Shown piece by piece: positions 51,101-64,000 of a DNA stretch of 64,000 nucleotides. The notes below the pieces were generated by a model, which was given only the letters and a program-made list of their open reading frames with translations, ran no database searches and was not told the origin of the DNA. Location: assembly GCA_013239625.1 (NCBI GenBank), contig MU053304.1, positions 992,001 to 1,056,000 of the forward strand. The letters run 5' to 3'. The stretch's first letter is position 1. Each line of letters opens with the position of its first letter. A program made the translations under genes and the position numbers. The stretch comes from Lama guanicoe (Eukaryota).

Positions 51101-54100
51101 CACCCCAGAACTTTCCCTCTGAATAAACCAGCAGTGGTTCCTGGAATCCATGTCCCCTCCAGTCCCCTCCACGAGCTTTCCTCCAGACTTGTGGGGTTTG
51201 CCCCGGGACCTGAGTCTCCATGCTGGTCGGGCCAGTGTACATCTCAGTCCATGAATTCAGGACTTGATTGGTGTCTTGAGGGCCCCTCATCTTGGTTAAC
51301 TCAGGATTCTCCTCCTCTTTCCCCAGGACTGCACAAATGTGGGGACATGCTACATTGGGAGTGGGGTCAGCATCTGGTCCTTGGGGGCTTCTCTGGGCCA
51401 CACTGGCCGACATCACCCAGAAGCCCTGGCCTGACATGGCTGGAGCATCACTAGAAGGGAGCCCAGAGATGAAAAGGAGATGATGGAGGGTGTATGAGAG
51501 GGTACAACACGGGGGCAGCTTGAAGGGGTTCAGGATTTCTTAGGCATTTGCTTGGTGACAATGAGGCGTCTAGAGGAGAAGGCATGAGGGACAGCTGGGC
51601 TTGAAAGGCACGTCCACTAAGGCCCCAGAGACCCAGGTTCCTTGGTCCCTGTTGCTAAGCTCACAGAAGTTCCAGGAAAAATCAGTCACACATGGGAGGG
51701 ATACGGATTCACCGCTTTCCATATCACAAGGTCCTTCCTGGGCTCCAGAAAGCAGCAGATGGAATCTGTCTTCCTGGAGACGTTTCTCACCTGCCAGTTC
51801 TCCCTGGTCTTTACTCCCCGGCCTGGGGAGGACGCCAGGGGGAAAAGGGGCAGCACCTGGCTCACCAGGTTGCAGCACAGAGCCCGGGGGCGAGAAGCCT
51901 TCCAGGCTCTTGCTTTCTGACCGACTCTCCGTTGCTGCCTCTGCTGCTGGGCCCGCCTGGGTCAGGGATGCTCAGAGTTCGTGGTATCGCCGTTTGTTCT
52001 AGGAAACTCCTCAGCCCAAACGTCTCCCAGGCACCAGAGCTCAGGGGCTGGCTGAACCTCTCGACCCTCTCGGAGAGGATCCTGGGAGGATGTGCCTAGG
52101 AAGAGGGGGGGCTGCTCCAGAGCACCAGCCAGCCAAGCTTTCAGGCAGTCTCCACGCGGGGTCGGGGTCTGCCTCATGGGCCGCCAGATGGGGCCTAACA
52201 CGGCCAGGGGCAGATTATAAAGGGGCCCCGTCCTGGGACAGACACCCGGTTCTGACCCAGGAATGGCCTCTGATGGTCCCTGGCTAGACCTTGGTCTCCT
52301 CATTTCTACAAGGGACACAGCTGTGCTGCAGGCAGGGCTTCCAGTCCTCTCTCTCTAGAATTCCCTGCTTCTGAGGTCACAAGGACAAATCCTAAGGGAT
52401 GTGAAGCAGACGGAAGTCGGATTCCAGAACCCCAGGGTCTGGCTCTCGCCCGGATCATTGGCAACAATGAAGAAAAAGCAGCCTCACTGTTATTCTGCTG
52501 CCCCCAGCCCACCCCCTTCCCCTCCCTCTTCCCTGGCCTCTTCCCCCTTACCCACTACCCTCCACCCCTGCTTTCTGCAGGTCCCCACTCTCTGCCCCTG
52601 GCCTGGCCCTCCTCCCACTCGCCCACCTCGCCCAGCCAGGCTCCCACCTCTCATCAGCAGGCCCCCTTCTCAGTCTGGAGCCCGCAAGGCCCACTGCCTC
52701 CACAGGCCCCTGGGAGTCCCCTGCTCCCGCTGCCCTGCCAGCGCCCCTGCCCCCACCCTCTTCCCTGGCTGCCTGGCCTCCCTCCAGGCTCCCAGGCTCT
52801 TCTCTCTTCTTTTGTCCTGGACCCCTCTTCTGGCCCTTCTCTGGCCTTCAGCCACCTGGGCAGACTGCTCTCCTGTCCCTACATCTTTCCTGCCCAGTCA
52901 CTTCCTCCCGCCGTCTCCCCACCTTTGGGTCATTTTATAAACGGTCCCAGGGACCTTGTGACCCTGCCGGTGGGCACCCGGGCCTCTCAGAGCTTTGTGA
53001 GTCGGGCACCTGCCGGGCCCAGGGAGCCGCAGATGGCGGACAGCTGCGGGCAGCCTGGCAGCCCCTCCAGCACTCCAGGAAGCCCCCCTCTGCACAGTGA
53101 GTTCTCAGCCACTTGCGGGGGAGTTGACTTGGAGGTGAGGGCTCTCTGGGGGCCGCGGAGGGGAGTGGAGGAAGCGCTCTCTGAGCCCGGAGGCTCGGGG
53201 CCCCCACACCCTCCTTAACTCCCTTCCCTGCAGGCCCCAGTGCAGCCTGGGTTCCTTCTGTTTCCCACCCAGGACAGAAGCGAGGAAAGGCTGGACCAGC
53301 CAGAAATGGGAGCATCCACGTTTATACTCTTCTGTCTGCCCGGCTGGGCCAGACAGCTCTAGTTGGGGCAGCCCCAAAGCAGCAGAGTGTCCCCCTAGGA
53401 AGGTGCGTCCTGGGAGAGGTGAGCCCTGAGAACCCAGAAGCAGGGCACAGGCTCCCTTCAGGGCAGGAAAGATGTAGGGACAGGTGCCATCACAGCGTTG
53501 TGTGGTCAGGGTCCAGAACTGTGCTTCCTTTTGGCCCCTGCAGACATCTCAGTCTTGATATCCGCCTTCCTGACGGGTGAGAGCTCTTGGCTCTGAAGAC
53601 TGTCCTCCAGCTGGTGCCTTTTCTCCGGGGTTCACGGGCCAGGGGAGCCAGGCTCCCTCCTGCTGATGGCCTCGAGTTTGTAAATGATTATGAATAGAAA
53701 GCAGTACCAGGAAACCATCACTTCGTGCTCTGAATTTTAATGCCAAGGGCAAGTGGAGAAATGGGCAGAGTTTGAGGACCCTCCAGGAGACCCTTCCTGA
53801 GTAGTCACCCCCTTCCTCTCCCTCCGTCTCTCCAGGGGTAGTTCCTACCCCGAGTGGAGCCTCTGTCGGGCTCTGGTCCAGGCACAGGACACAGAGCCAG
53901 GTAAGAACCCTCTCCCAGAGGTCTGATACTTCCTGACTCCCCACCTCGCCCCCGTCCCCACACCAGCATCTCAGACAGGGCTAAGGACCGACCTTGCAAT
54001 GTCCATCCAAGTGAGGAAACCAACGACTCAGATCTTTGGAGCCGTGGGAAAGGAGCCTTGTCCCTGGAGTCCCTCAGCCCCCTGCCCCAGGGGCAAAAGT

Positions 54101-55489
54101 AAGCACTGGCTTCTTGGAGGCTCAGTCCAGCCCCGGGACAGGGCTGCAGGACAATGAACGGTCTGGGGAAGAAGGTGTGGGGAGGGCCATGGTTGGCCAG
54201 TCCCATCGCTCTCCATCTTGCAAGTTTGTCCTCTTAAGAGACTCCTCGTGCGTGATGCTTCCCACCGCCACGTGGGGAGGTGGGAGCCCTGTCGTAGCTG
54301 ACCTTCCTCCACAGGTCCTACCTGGGGGCACCAGGAATGATCTTTTAAGAAAAGCCAGGTCTTTCTACTTTACCTGGGAGTTGTTTACTGTACTTGGAAG
54401 AGATGCAGTTGGAGTCAAGGTTCTCGCCAACAAATGACTGGACTTGGAGGCTTTATTTCCTCCCACCCAGCATGGTATCCTTCAGTTGCCCAAGGCGGGA
54501 TGAAAGAGAGGTGCTGAGATGCCGTGGAGGCTTATGGCTGCCCCAGTGCCGCTGAGGGTGGCCGGGAGCGAGAGCCCAGAGCTCTGGGAGCCTCGTCCAC
54601 GCCGTGCCCTTTGCCTGCTGCTTGGGGTTCTCAGAGAGCTTTGTATTTTCCAGAGCTGGTAGAATTCAGTGGAAAGAGTCCCGGGAATCTTCATTTATTC
54701 TCTCCCTGATTCCAGGGTCCCCAGTACCACTCAAGCTGCCTTAGCCTTTCCTTCAAGGGAGATATCATCAGGAAAGAGGAAATATTTCTCAAAGCCATAG
54801 AAAGTTTTTGTTAAAACCATTTCACAGAAAACCAGAGCAAAAGATCAGGGTATGCAAGGCTGGCTCAACCACTTTTTTTGTCATCTGTTACAGAAAGAGA
54901 ACTTCGATTGTACGTACGTATTTTAGGAGGAGTAAATGACATAACATGGTCTTTTTAAGAGAAAATCGATTCCACATGAGCCCATCCCGACAGCTTCACT
55001 TCCTCAAGTGGCAGCTCAGGAAGTCCTTGCCTGGCCAGCTCTCTGTGGGACGTTTTACACAGCCTCCAAGTATTAGCGTGAGAACAACTTTAGCCACCTT
55101 TTAAAGGAGTCGAACATCTTGCTCTCTTTGGTAACTTTGTTCTGTTGGTAATTCTGACATCATCTGTGCTGCATAATTTATAGATTTTGAGAAATTAGCA
55201 TTAACTTTTGCCGCGTGATGTTTTTTTGAATCGGACAGGGCAAGTTCATTTTCTTAAAGTTATATTATAGCTTATGTACTATTCCACAGAGCTAAAAATC
55301 TAATATAGTTCTTTCACGGAAGATACACCATAATTAACTAAATAGTTCACTTTCATAAGCAGTATGTTTTTCACTTCTCATATACTGTTCTCCATAGAAT
55401 TCATTCTCTAATTGTTTTTATTGGGTTTGAGATGCTTTGATAAATTTTTAGGTTAATGACTCTCCAAATGCAGGCTACAAGAACATTTT

Positions 55490-55575
55490 CTTTTTTTTCC
55501 TTCTGGTTTTACTGAGATGTAATTGACATACAGCGCTGTGCAAGTTTAAGGCGTACAGCATAATGACTTGACTGG
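55490..55575 (-). mobile_element. Short L1 3' terminal fragment
   Basis: ttttactgagatgtaattgacatacagcgctgtgcaagtttaaggcgtacagcataatgacttgact. Confidence 0.75.
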
Positions 55576-55714
55576 CCTACATCATGAAAAGGAAGGCTGG
55601 GAGGCCAGGACTGAGACCCTGGGAGGGGACAGGAGGTCGTGAACCAGCTATGAGGCAATGTCGCTGCAGAGAACCTGTGGGTGATTCAAGGGTGCGCCTG
55701 TCTGAGAACGTGAA

Positions 55715-56040
55715 GTTGTGTGAGTGTGTGTGGTTTTCTGACTTCAGATCTCCGTATGTGTTTGTGTGATTTGTCTGATTGTGATTTGTGTGATTTGACA
55801 AGTACCTGCGTCTTTAGGTGTGACTGAGTCTCTGCATGTGTCTGTGGGAGCACAAGCATGTGTGGGTGTCATGAGTGTGTACTGTGTGTGTGTGAGTGCT
55901 TGTACCTCTGTATGTGTATCTTTGGATGAATCTGTGTGTGAGTGTGTGTGTTTCTAGGTTAGGGTGTGTCTCTGGGCGTGTATGTGTGTGTGTACATGTC
56001 CGCATACCTGTGTGTGTCTGTGTGTGCCTGAGTGTCTATA
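55715..56040. repeat. Degenerate (TG)n-rich low-complexity tract
   Basis: Interrupted tgtgtg runs. Confidence 0.85.
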
Positions 56041-58859
56041 CGTCTCAGAGTGGGCGTGCACAGTTCTGGTTGTGAGCCCATGATGTCTGAGGGAAGCTGA
56101 TGACACACCGTGTGATTGTTCTGGACCCTGGGACGGAATTATTAGGCAAAGTCTCCTCTATGGAAGGTGGTCTGCTACCCCCTTTGAGGCCCCCTAGGAG
56201 CCAGTTAAGGAGGAAACACTTCCTGATGGAGAAAACAATGAACAGACGTGGAGTCCTGTCATCTCTGGCTGCCTGGGCCCCTCGTCCAGACAGGAGGCTG
56301 GGCTGGGCTGGGGGTGGCTGCTGGCCCAGGACCACGCACTCTGGTTCTGAGACTGGCCTGCTTCGTGTAACCTGAAGCCCCTTGTCTGATACGTTCCAGA
56401 CGTTCCCACATGTTGGCGACAAGCACGGCCCGAGGTAACACAGCCCCTTTGTCTGACCGTGGCACTGGGAGCCTCTTCTTGGAAATGTGGTCACTGTGGT
56501 GTTGAAACCGGGGTGCCTGCCAGCTGTTCTGGGGGAGAGAGGAAAAGTACCCGCTCCACCCCAGGTGTTTGCTCTGAGACCTGGTGTCTCTGCAGGGAAG
56601 AGGCCTGTGTGTGCTCATTTGTCCAGTGGAGGGACACGTGTGCATCCTGGGAGCAAAGCGGATCAGGGCATCCAGGACACAGTCACTGGAAGCAGGGACC
56701 CTGGGCCAGAAACCCAACAGGACAATATCATTCCTCAGGGGTACAGGGTCAAGGTGAGAAGCCCTCAGATCGATGAGAGGAGCCAGTCCCCAAAGCCCCT
56801 CTCCGATCTGCAGTGACTGGTTCATCCATGTTTGTTGGGGACTGTCCTGGTTTTGACACTGAAAATCCAGTGTCCCAAGAACTGCCAAGGCCTTGGGCCA
56901 TCAGGACAGTTGGCCACCCGAACCCCATCCCAGGGAGCAAACTAATGTCCCCTGAGGGGAAGCTGCCTCTTGCCCAAGAAGCGACTCAGGCCCCTGATGG
57001 TGGAGTGTAGGGCCCAGGGATCAGGGCCCGTCTGGGGGTCTCGCTCACCATGGTCAGACAGGCCAACGCTGGGTCTTCCCGCTGCTCCAGGCTGTGTCCA
57101 CCTTCCCCGGCACCGAGAGCTCAGGGGGAGGATGTCAGGGAGATCTGTGGTGTTCACAGCTTGTGGTCACCTCACATTTGGTCCCCAGACCTAACCTTCC
57201 TGAGGTCCCAGGGCAGAAAAAGCCGACAAAGCCAGGGGATGGAGAGTGTGGCTGGGGACCCACACATGTTTACTTGGAGCTCATTCCACTGCTGCTGGCC
57301 AGAGTGGCACTCCCGGCACTCATGCCAACTGAGATTTTGTGATTCCAGAGCCAGTGCTGCATTAGAAGCCAGCAAGTTCTGTTGTGTGAGGAGGGACCCA
57401 GTCAGCCTCTTGTGTTAAAGGTGCAGAGGAGAAACGGCCAGGGTAGTGACGGGTCCCCCAAACAGGCAAGGCCTGTGCCCCGTGGAGGCAGTTGAGTTGT
57501 TAGTGCCCCAAAGGGAGACTTTACAAGGTAGACAAGGAAAGTGCCTGACCCGAGGTGACAATTTGGGCAGCCAAGGTGGGTAGAGGTGAGATGGGCTGAC
57601 TGGAGCCTGGCCCAGAGCTTCTAGGGTGGCAGGATGCCCATAGCAGAGATGAGGAAACCGAGGCCTGGAAGGAAGCCATCAGAGACCAGGCTTGGGCCAG
57701 AGCAAGGTGTGCTTTTTATGTGCAGGAGACTGGGAAGTGATGGGATCAGAAAACGGGATGAGGAGTCCTGGACCAGCATGGAGGGTGAGACTAAGCAAGA
57801 CATCGCAGCTGCAGATGCATCTGGGCTGGAAGACGAGGACCCAGGAGACCTGCAGCCCCATGTGGAGACTGTCCTTGTATCAACACCTTCTTGAGTTGAG
57901 AACTTTGAAGTGTTGTTTCGTCGAGGCCTCTGTGCTTTCATCTTATGAATATTCATGCCCACATTCTTTTCATTTAGAAGAGGTGTAGATCCAATTATTT
58001 TAACGAGCACTGAAAACATTTCCTTCTGTAATAGCTTTCCATGCATATAGCACTGTGTGTATTATGTAACAGAAGTTAACGTTCCTTTACAGAAATCTCT
58101 GTAATTTAAAAATCATATCATATGTAAATTGAGACTTCTGATCACCTTAGATTACAGAACAAATATCCATCCAATTTGTGAGTAATTTTCTATCCAAAAC
58201 CAATAAGTAGGCAATACAGTTGTATTCTTGTGACATGCTCTAACGTTTTCTCTGCCCTGTGGACATCCCTCATAAACAACAGTGACAACTTGATGGCGCA
58301 GGTTCCCAAAGGAGATGGGTGAGGTGGGCGAAGGTGGGAAGTGAGTTTCTCTAAGCAGCAGAAACATCTTGTGGTGGTTGGCTGGGTGAGGGCTAGGACC
58401 CGAGGTGCATGCCTGATAAGCCAGATTTTCTCTGTGAAGTTGGATGCAAAGGTATCTGTGGCCAGTGGGGACCCAGGAGAGGGCTTAGAAAGACACTGGA
58501 GAGGCAGGAAGGGGTGCTGGTGCTTCAAGATCACCATTTTGAGTGTCTCCCTTTGCCCATTGGAGCGCTTTCTGTGGGCTCAGTGGCCCGGGGGGTGGAG
58601 TGGAGCAGGAATGGGGCCTGGCCCAGGCTGGGGATGAACTGGGCAGTGGAGAGGCAGGGGATGGAGGGCTGGGGCTCCACCTCAGAGCGGGGAGGGAGGT
58701 AGAGGGAAAGAGGAGCTTTCAGGGGCTGAGAGACCCTACCACGTGCCTGTGGGATGATGGGGCCCAAAAGCAGGAGGTGGCAGTAGGAGGAAGTTACACT
58801 GTGAGAGCAGAACATGGAAATAGAAAGGCGGTTAGAGCAGCAGTTACCTTGGGGCCTTG

Positions 58860-59220
58860 GGAGGCAGGCAGGTGTGGTTTCTGTTGCAGCTCAGCTTCTT
58901 ACTAACTGGGTCATCATGGGTGAGCTGCTGAACCTCTCAGTGACTCTGTTTCCGCATCCATAAAATGGAATTGCTCACAGGCCCGGCCTCGTGGGCTCTG
59001 TGAGGATGCGATGAGGTGGTGCAGGTGTGTACGCAGCTCCCGGCCTGGCAGGTACACATCTGGACTCGCGGCTCGATGGTTGGGTCCAACTGTGCTCCAG
59101 GCGCACATGCGGGCTCGTGAGTCGACCTTGCTGTTTCTTCACCTGTAAATGAGGCTAATGAGGGTACACACCTCAGAGTCTGGTGGGAGGATGAACTGAT
59201 TTTATAAGCATGTAGCCCAC
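58860..59220 (+). mobile_element. Two MIR fragments
   Basis: gaacctctcagtgactctgtttccgcatccataaaatgg and ctgtttcttcacctgtaaatgagg cores. Confidence 0.65.
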
Positions 59221-60869
59221 GGACTGATCCTTAGGACTCACCATATAAATGGTGGCATCTGTGGCGTCTCCTTGAGGGATGGAGTGTCCCGAGTGGAGAC
59301 TGAGTCAGGAGTGAGGAGTGACCGGGGACATACTTGATGGAGTGGAGTTGGAGGGCACCAGAGCTGGGGCAAGAGACTATGGGGACAAAGGGCATGAGAA
59401 TAGGACGTCCTTAGAAGGACAGGGGACAAAGGGCATCCTTAGAGGGACCTGCCGATCTCAGTATTGGAGAAGCTTTTTTATCCTTCTACCCAGGATAAAA
59501 CATTTTTTAAATAAAAATCAATTCAGAGATTTCCAGGAAGGAACTGAATACCATGCTTACTCTAGTTGTGGAGGACTGAAGGTGTACTCATTATTAAAAT
59601 GCTACAGACAATTCATGGGAACAAAAGGACATACTCTTACACCCAAATTAACAATTCTTCATGCAGCAAAACAAAGAAAAATGTGCGGAAGTTGGGGAGG
59701 GTTGGGAAAGAATGAAGTGAGGAGAAATCACAAAAAGTAAGTAGGACAGATTTCATAACTAAAGTGTGAAAGGGATTAACGCTCCCAATGGACACGTGGG
59801 CTAAGGGCAGAGTACACATCATGCGACAGGAAACATGAAGAGGAAGAAATATTCCGAAAGGGTCCACCATTCTCCCTACCCCGTCATGTCCCCAGGAAAT
59901 GTACAAGTGTAGCTGGGGACGGTGTCAAGGAGCCCCTTGGGCCCAGGCAGGAGGGGAGCTGGGGGCTCTGGTTTCCAGACCAGAGATGGAAAGGCCAGGG
60001 AGCTCCCTGGATGGTTCAGCCCAGGACACTGCCCCCTTAAGGGCCAGCCCTCCAAAGGGCCTTGGAGAACCTGGACACCGAAGCCAGTGGTGTTAACTTG
60101 AAAGTTCCGGCCCTGCTTAAATAAATCACAGAACCTTCCCTCCTCTGCCTTCAGATGAAGGGGAAGCTTTGGATGTCCATCGTTTCTAGAATCTTGTGGT
60201 CTTTATCACCTTCGTGGTGAAGAGCCCCTCTGATGCTGTGGAATTTCGGTGTCTGGCTTGAAGACCGCCTTGTCTGACTCCTGCAGGCTCCCATTAGGGC
60301 CATAAGCAGTTATGGGGAGGACCATTGTGGGGAGCCGGGATCTCTGAAAACATGGCCAGAGTCATAACAGGAACCAAAGAAAGCCCACACCCAGATGTTT
60401 GAGCAGCCAGAACTTTCTGCCTTAACCTCACAGTGCATTTCCAGTGAGAGCCGGAAGGGACGTGTGGGAGGGGAAGGGGTGAATTTTAAAGGCTGCTGCC
60501 CCTGGCATGTTCTACTTCATTCTGCCTTGATAGTAAGTGTCGTGACCTTGATGCCGTCACCCGCCCACGTGCCCACTTCCAAGGAGGCTGGACACTCACA
60601 GGCCCCGTAGGTGCTGTTAGGGTTCAGCTGTCTTTGCCACAACTAGAGGGCCAGGTGGGCGGGAGGTCCTTGGGGACTTGGCTCAGACCCTCGGGAAGGG
60701 CCTCATCCGTGCTCCAGCGGACTGAGCCAGGCAAGCTAAACGCATGGACCGGGCTTGGGGACAGACCCGTGGCAGAGCCTGGAGGTTTGGAGCAAGGGGC
60801 AGGAGGGAACAAAGGGGGCGACACCCACCTCCCTCTCCCTGTCTCTCCGTCCTCAGTTTCTCCTGCTCT

Positions 60870-60895
60870 CCCCCCCCCCCCCCCCCCCCCCCCCC
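60870..60895. repeat. Poly(C)26 homopolymer
   Basis: Uninterrupted run of 26 C. Confidence 0.9.
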
Positions 60896-63800
60896 TTCAA
60901 ACTGACTTCTGGGACTCCACCCCCTTCCATCACGAAGGTTCCATTCTCCATGTTGCTGCTTTCCCTGTTTTTTCTAAGAGACCCTTGAGGCAGACCTAAC
61001 GTCAGTGGGGGCTGAAGGGTCTCAGGGTCATTGAGAGCCAGACACCTGCTGGGTGCTCTGACCCCTGCTGCGCGCTGACTCCTGAAAACTGTTTCTGAGA
61101 CAGGTGCTGTGGTCTGTCTTGACCACCACTGCCCGGTGCAGAGTAGATGATCAACAGATGTTTGTTGATTGAATGAGTGTGTGACTGGGATTACAGAAGT
61201 TAGGCAGTGAGCCAAGTTCACAAAGCAGCTACCTGGGGGCTGGCTACTGAGCTCGGCCCATCTGTGTCTCTTGTTGGAATCAGGCTGCCTCAGAAGATGG
61301 TGGCCTTTCCCTCAGACATGCCAACACCCCCTGCCCTTCCTGATTTCTTCCTTTACTGCTATTGCCCTCACCCCACCCTGACCCTGCTGCCCGAGTGGGT
61401 CTGTCCTATGTCTAGACCTTGAACGGCCCCATTCCATGTAGCTGGTCCTAATTTGGATGGGTGTTAGAAGAAAGGCTCTGTACTAAGCCAGATGTTTCTG
61501 TTTTATCGAGCAGCTTCCTGAATGACATTTTGGGCCAGAGCGTACATTCCCTGGGGCCCCTGAGCATCCCCGCCCCTGCTCCTGTCTGGCCAGCCCCCAG
61601 CCTCAGCTCTTGCCATTCCCCTGGCCTCCAGCTGTGCAGAGAAATCCCTGGATCCCCACCAAACACCACACTCTTCACCTCGTGTCTGCACTTCTGCTGT
61701 TCTCTGTGCCTCTAGCATCTTCCTCCCTCACCTTGTTCCTCGCCCCTGTTCCCTGAGCAGCTTCCCTGGGCAGGGGTGGGGGGCATCCTCCAGGCTCTTG
61801 CCCAGCACTTACACCCTGCAGTGTCCCCAGGTGGGTAGGCAAGTCTTCCCCCTGAAGGGGATGCTCCATGAGCTAAAGGAGCAAATAAAGCAGCATCAGA
61901 GAGGTGTGGTGACTCCCCGGGTGCTGGGGAGCGGCTCCTTGGCAGATACAGTCAGAATGGCTGGTTCCTCACCCTACAAGGAGTGATTCCTGGAGCTCAG
62001 GTGCTGCCCAGGGATGCGGTGAGGATGGAGGTAATAGCTCAGGCAGGAACCCACCCAGGCTCCCAAAGCCTCTGATTTGCTCTGGATGGTGAGAGGCGGG
62101 GCAGGACTCAGGTGGCTGGTTCTGGGCTGTTTAAGGGAAAGCTTCTGGGGAAAAGTCTTCATATTAATGACTCCCCAGCGCTGCGGCAGGGGCGGGGGGT
62201 AGGAGAGGAGCGGGATGCAGAGGCCTGAGCCGTGTGTCAGCCCTGGGCCAACCCTGCCTGGCCCACCCTTTGTAAGCAAGCACACTGGGTTTCTCTGGAC
62301 CTCACATTCCCCAGCCAGGAGTCCACCATCACTCCCCGGATAAGAGTCATTAGCAAGGCTCTTCAAGAAAGGGAAGTGGAAGATGACGTGTGTTTGCATT
62401 AAAAGGGAGAAAATAAAGACCCACATATGGATGTGCTGGTCCAGAACCTCTGAAAGAAGCTGCAATCAGTGGTACCGTGAGGGTAGGTGGGTACTGGATT
62501 TGGAGGCAGTGTCGGCACAGACATTTTACTGCATGTTTACATTGGTATTTGAGTCATGTGCATGTACTCAAATTTTAAAATAAAAAGCAACAGTAAAGTA
62601 CAAAGAAAATATTTATTTTAAAAAAGAAGACAGCCAGACGGTGAGGTGGCTGAGGTGCCCTTTGAGGAGGGGCTGAGCGGTGAGTCACCCTCTGCTGACC
62701 CCTTCCCGGGGCTCCCTTGCTGCGGGCCCTGGACACCTGCCTGTCTCCTCCCCACTACCTTCCCCACAGGCTCCTCGCCTCCTGCAGCCGTGTCCGGGGT
62801 GCCCTGGCCTGGCCACCTCACCTTGACTTAGATTGGGCCTGAGGCCTGGGGTGGCCTCGCTTGGGGACACACTGTCCTGAGCCCTGCCCCTGAGCCTAGG
62901 CCGACGTGAGTTTCCGTAGCCCAGGGCAGGGAGCAAATTGGGTTCTACGCTTCATCCAAGCGCAGGTTTGATCAGATGGGAGACAGAGTCTAAAAACTGA
63001 CATAGTTGTGCCGAGCTCTTCACCAGATGATGGGGATCCCGTGCTCTGGAGGGCCCGGGGACTTCCCCACAGTCACACCAAGCTGTTCTTTACACATAGA
63101 CCGTGCGTGTTCTGGGGTGAATCACCAGACCCACCTTGGAGAGTTTCTATTCCTGTGGGTGCCTGAAAGTCACAGCAGGCCGGGCCTGTGAAAACAGCCC
63201 GTGCCTCAGTCTCTAATGCGATCTCCTCTCCCCTCCTGGGCCCAGGAGTGGAATCTGCCAGACTGCGTTTCAGCCCAGACTTTCCTGAATGTCTGGAACC
63301 TGCATGAGTTCCTTGCAGAGAGCCACCCAGGGCCCACAGGCGAGTCTCAACTCTCCCTGCCCTGAAAATGGGCCTTGCTGGGGAAATCTCTGCCTGCAGG
63401 GCCCATGGGAACAACGCAGCCCAAGGCTGACCCAGATCACTGTGCAGGCCTGGGGATGAGAATCCAGAGTCGGGGAGCAGCAGAGCCGGGCACCCCCACA
63501 GACCATGCAGGGGCTGAGGGGGTCCCCGCCCTAGGCTGGGCCCTGAGGCCTTCCTAGCTCACGAGCCCTAAAATATGAAGGCGTCCAGCACCAGCCCCCT
63601 TTTTGTGGGCAGAAGTTCTGAATCCTAAACCCCAGAAGCACTGGGAGCCACGACAGCCCTTCTCGGGCTCCGGCTGTCCCTGCGGGATGCCAGGCACGGG
63701 CCATCCGCTGCGTGAGATGCCTCCTCCTCTCCCCAAGACTTCCTGGGCCTTGGCTCAGCCAGTGGCTTTGGCTTTTCTTCTGGAAGCTGGGGGTGCATGC

Positions 63801-64000
63801 AGACCCTCTGAGAGGGCACAGGACGTAGAGACTCTTCCTGGCAACATGCCCCCCAGGCCACACACTAGTTCCACTTAGGGGGAGGGACCCCTAATGGAGC
63901 CCTCCTCCAGACCCAAGAGAAGGAACCCTTTGGCCATACGAGGCTGATGCGGAGTCATTTGAAGAGCTTCTGGTCCCACCCCCTCATTTCACCGACGAGG

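Noticed and set aside
48200..64000. GPR55 or another coding gene among the many 100-210-aa ORFs (e.g. 52401..52940, 56259..56888, 57634..57894)
   Set aside because: No ORF shows a 7-TM pattern or a recognisable domain. Consistent with GC-rich intronic or intergenic DNA.

Overview
Mammalian genomic DNA, most likely from a camelid (tentative, based on two tRNA-derived SINE copies and the L1 3' ends). It corresponds to the region upstream of and including SPATA3, which lies between GPR55 and C2orf72 in human. Two protein-coding units are supported, both on the minus strand in the first 13 kb. (1) SPATA3 has three coding exons (7215-7599, 4083-4257, 1888-1993; 221 aa). (2) A CpG-island exon (11722-12547) encodes a C2orf72/DUF4630-like domain. 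The rest (13-64 kb) is mostly transposon-rich non-coding DNA: L1, L2, MIR, MaLR/ERVL/ERV1/ERV2-type LTRs, and hAT and Tigger elements. It also holds candidate CTCF sites and a small CpG island. No GPR55 coding exon is visible. Most interesting observation: SPATA3 exon 3 appears dual-coding. Its +1 frame encodes a clean C-terminal hydrophobic anchor ([38 protein letters not shown]). Both first exons end in phase 1, so splicing either directly to exon 3 enters this frame. This predicts a hidden 313-aa tail-anchored C2orf72 paralogue interleaved with SPATA3, and a 2x2 combinatorial splicing locus. Repeat family names and orthologue sequences are recalled from memory, and repeat boundaries are approximate unless a TSD is cited.
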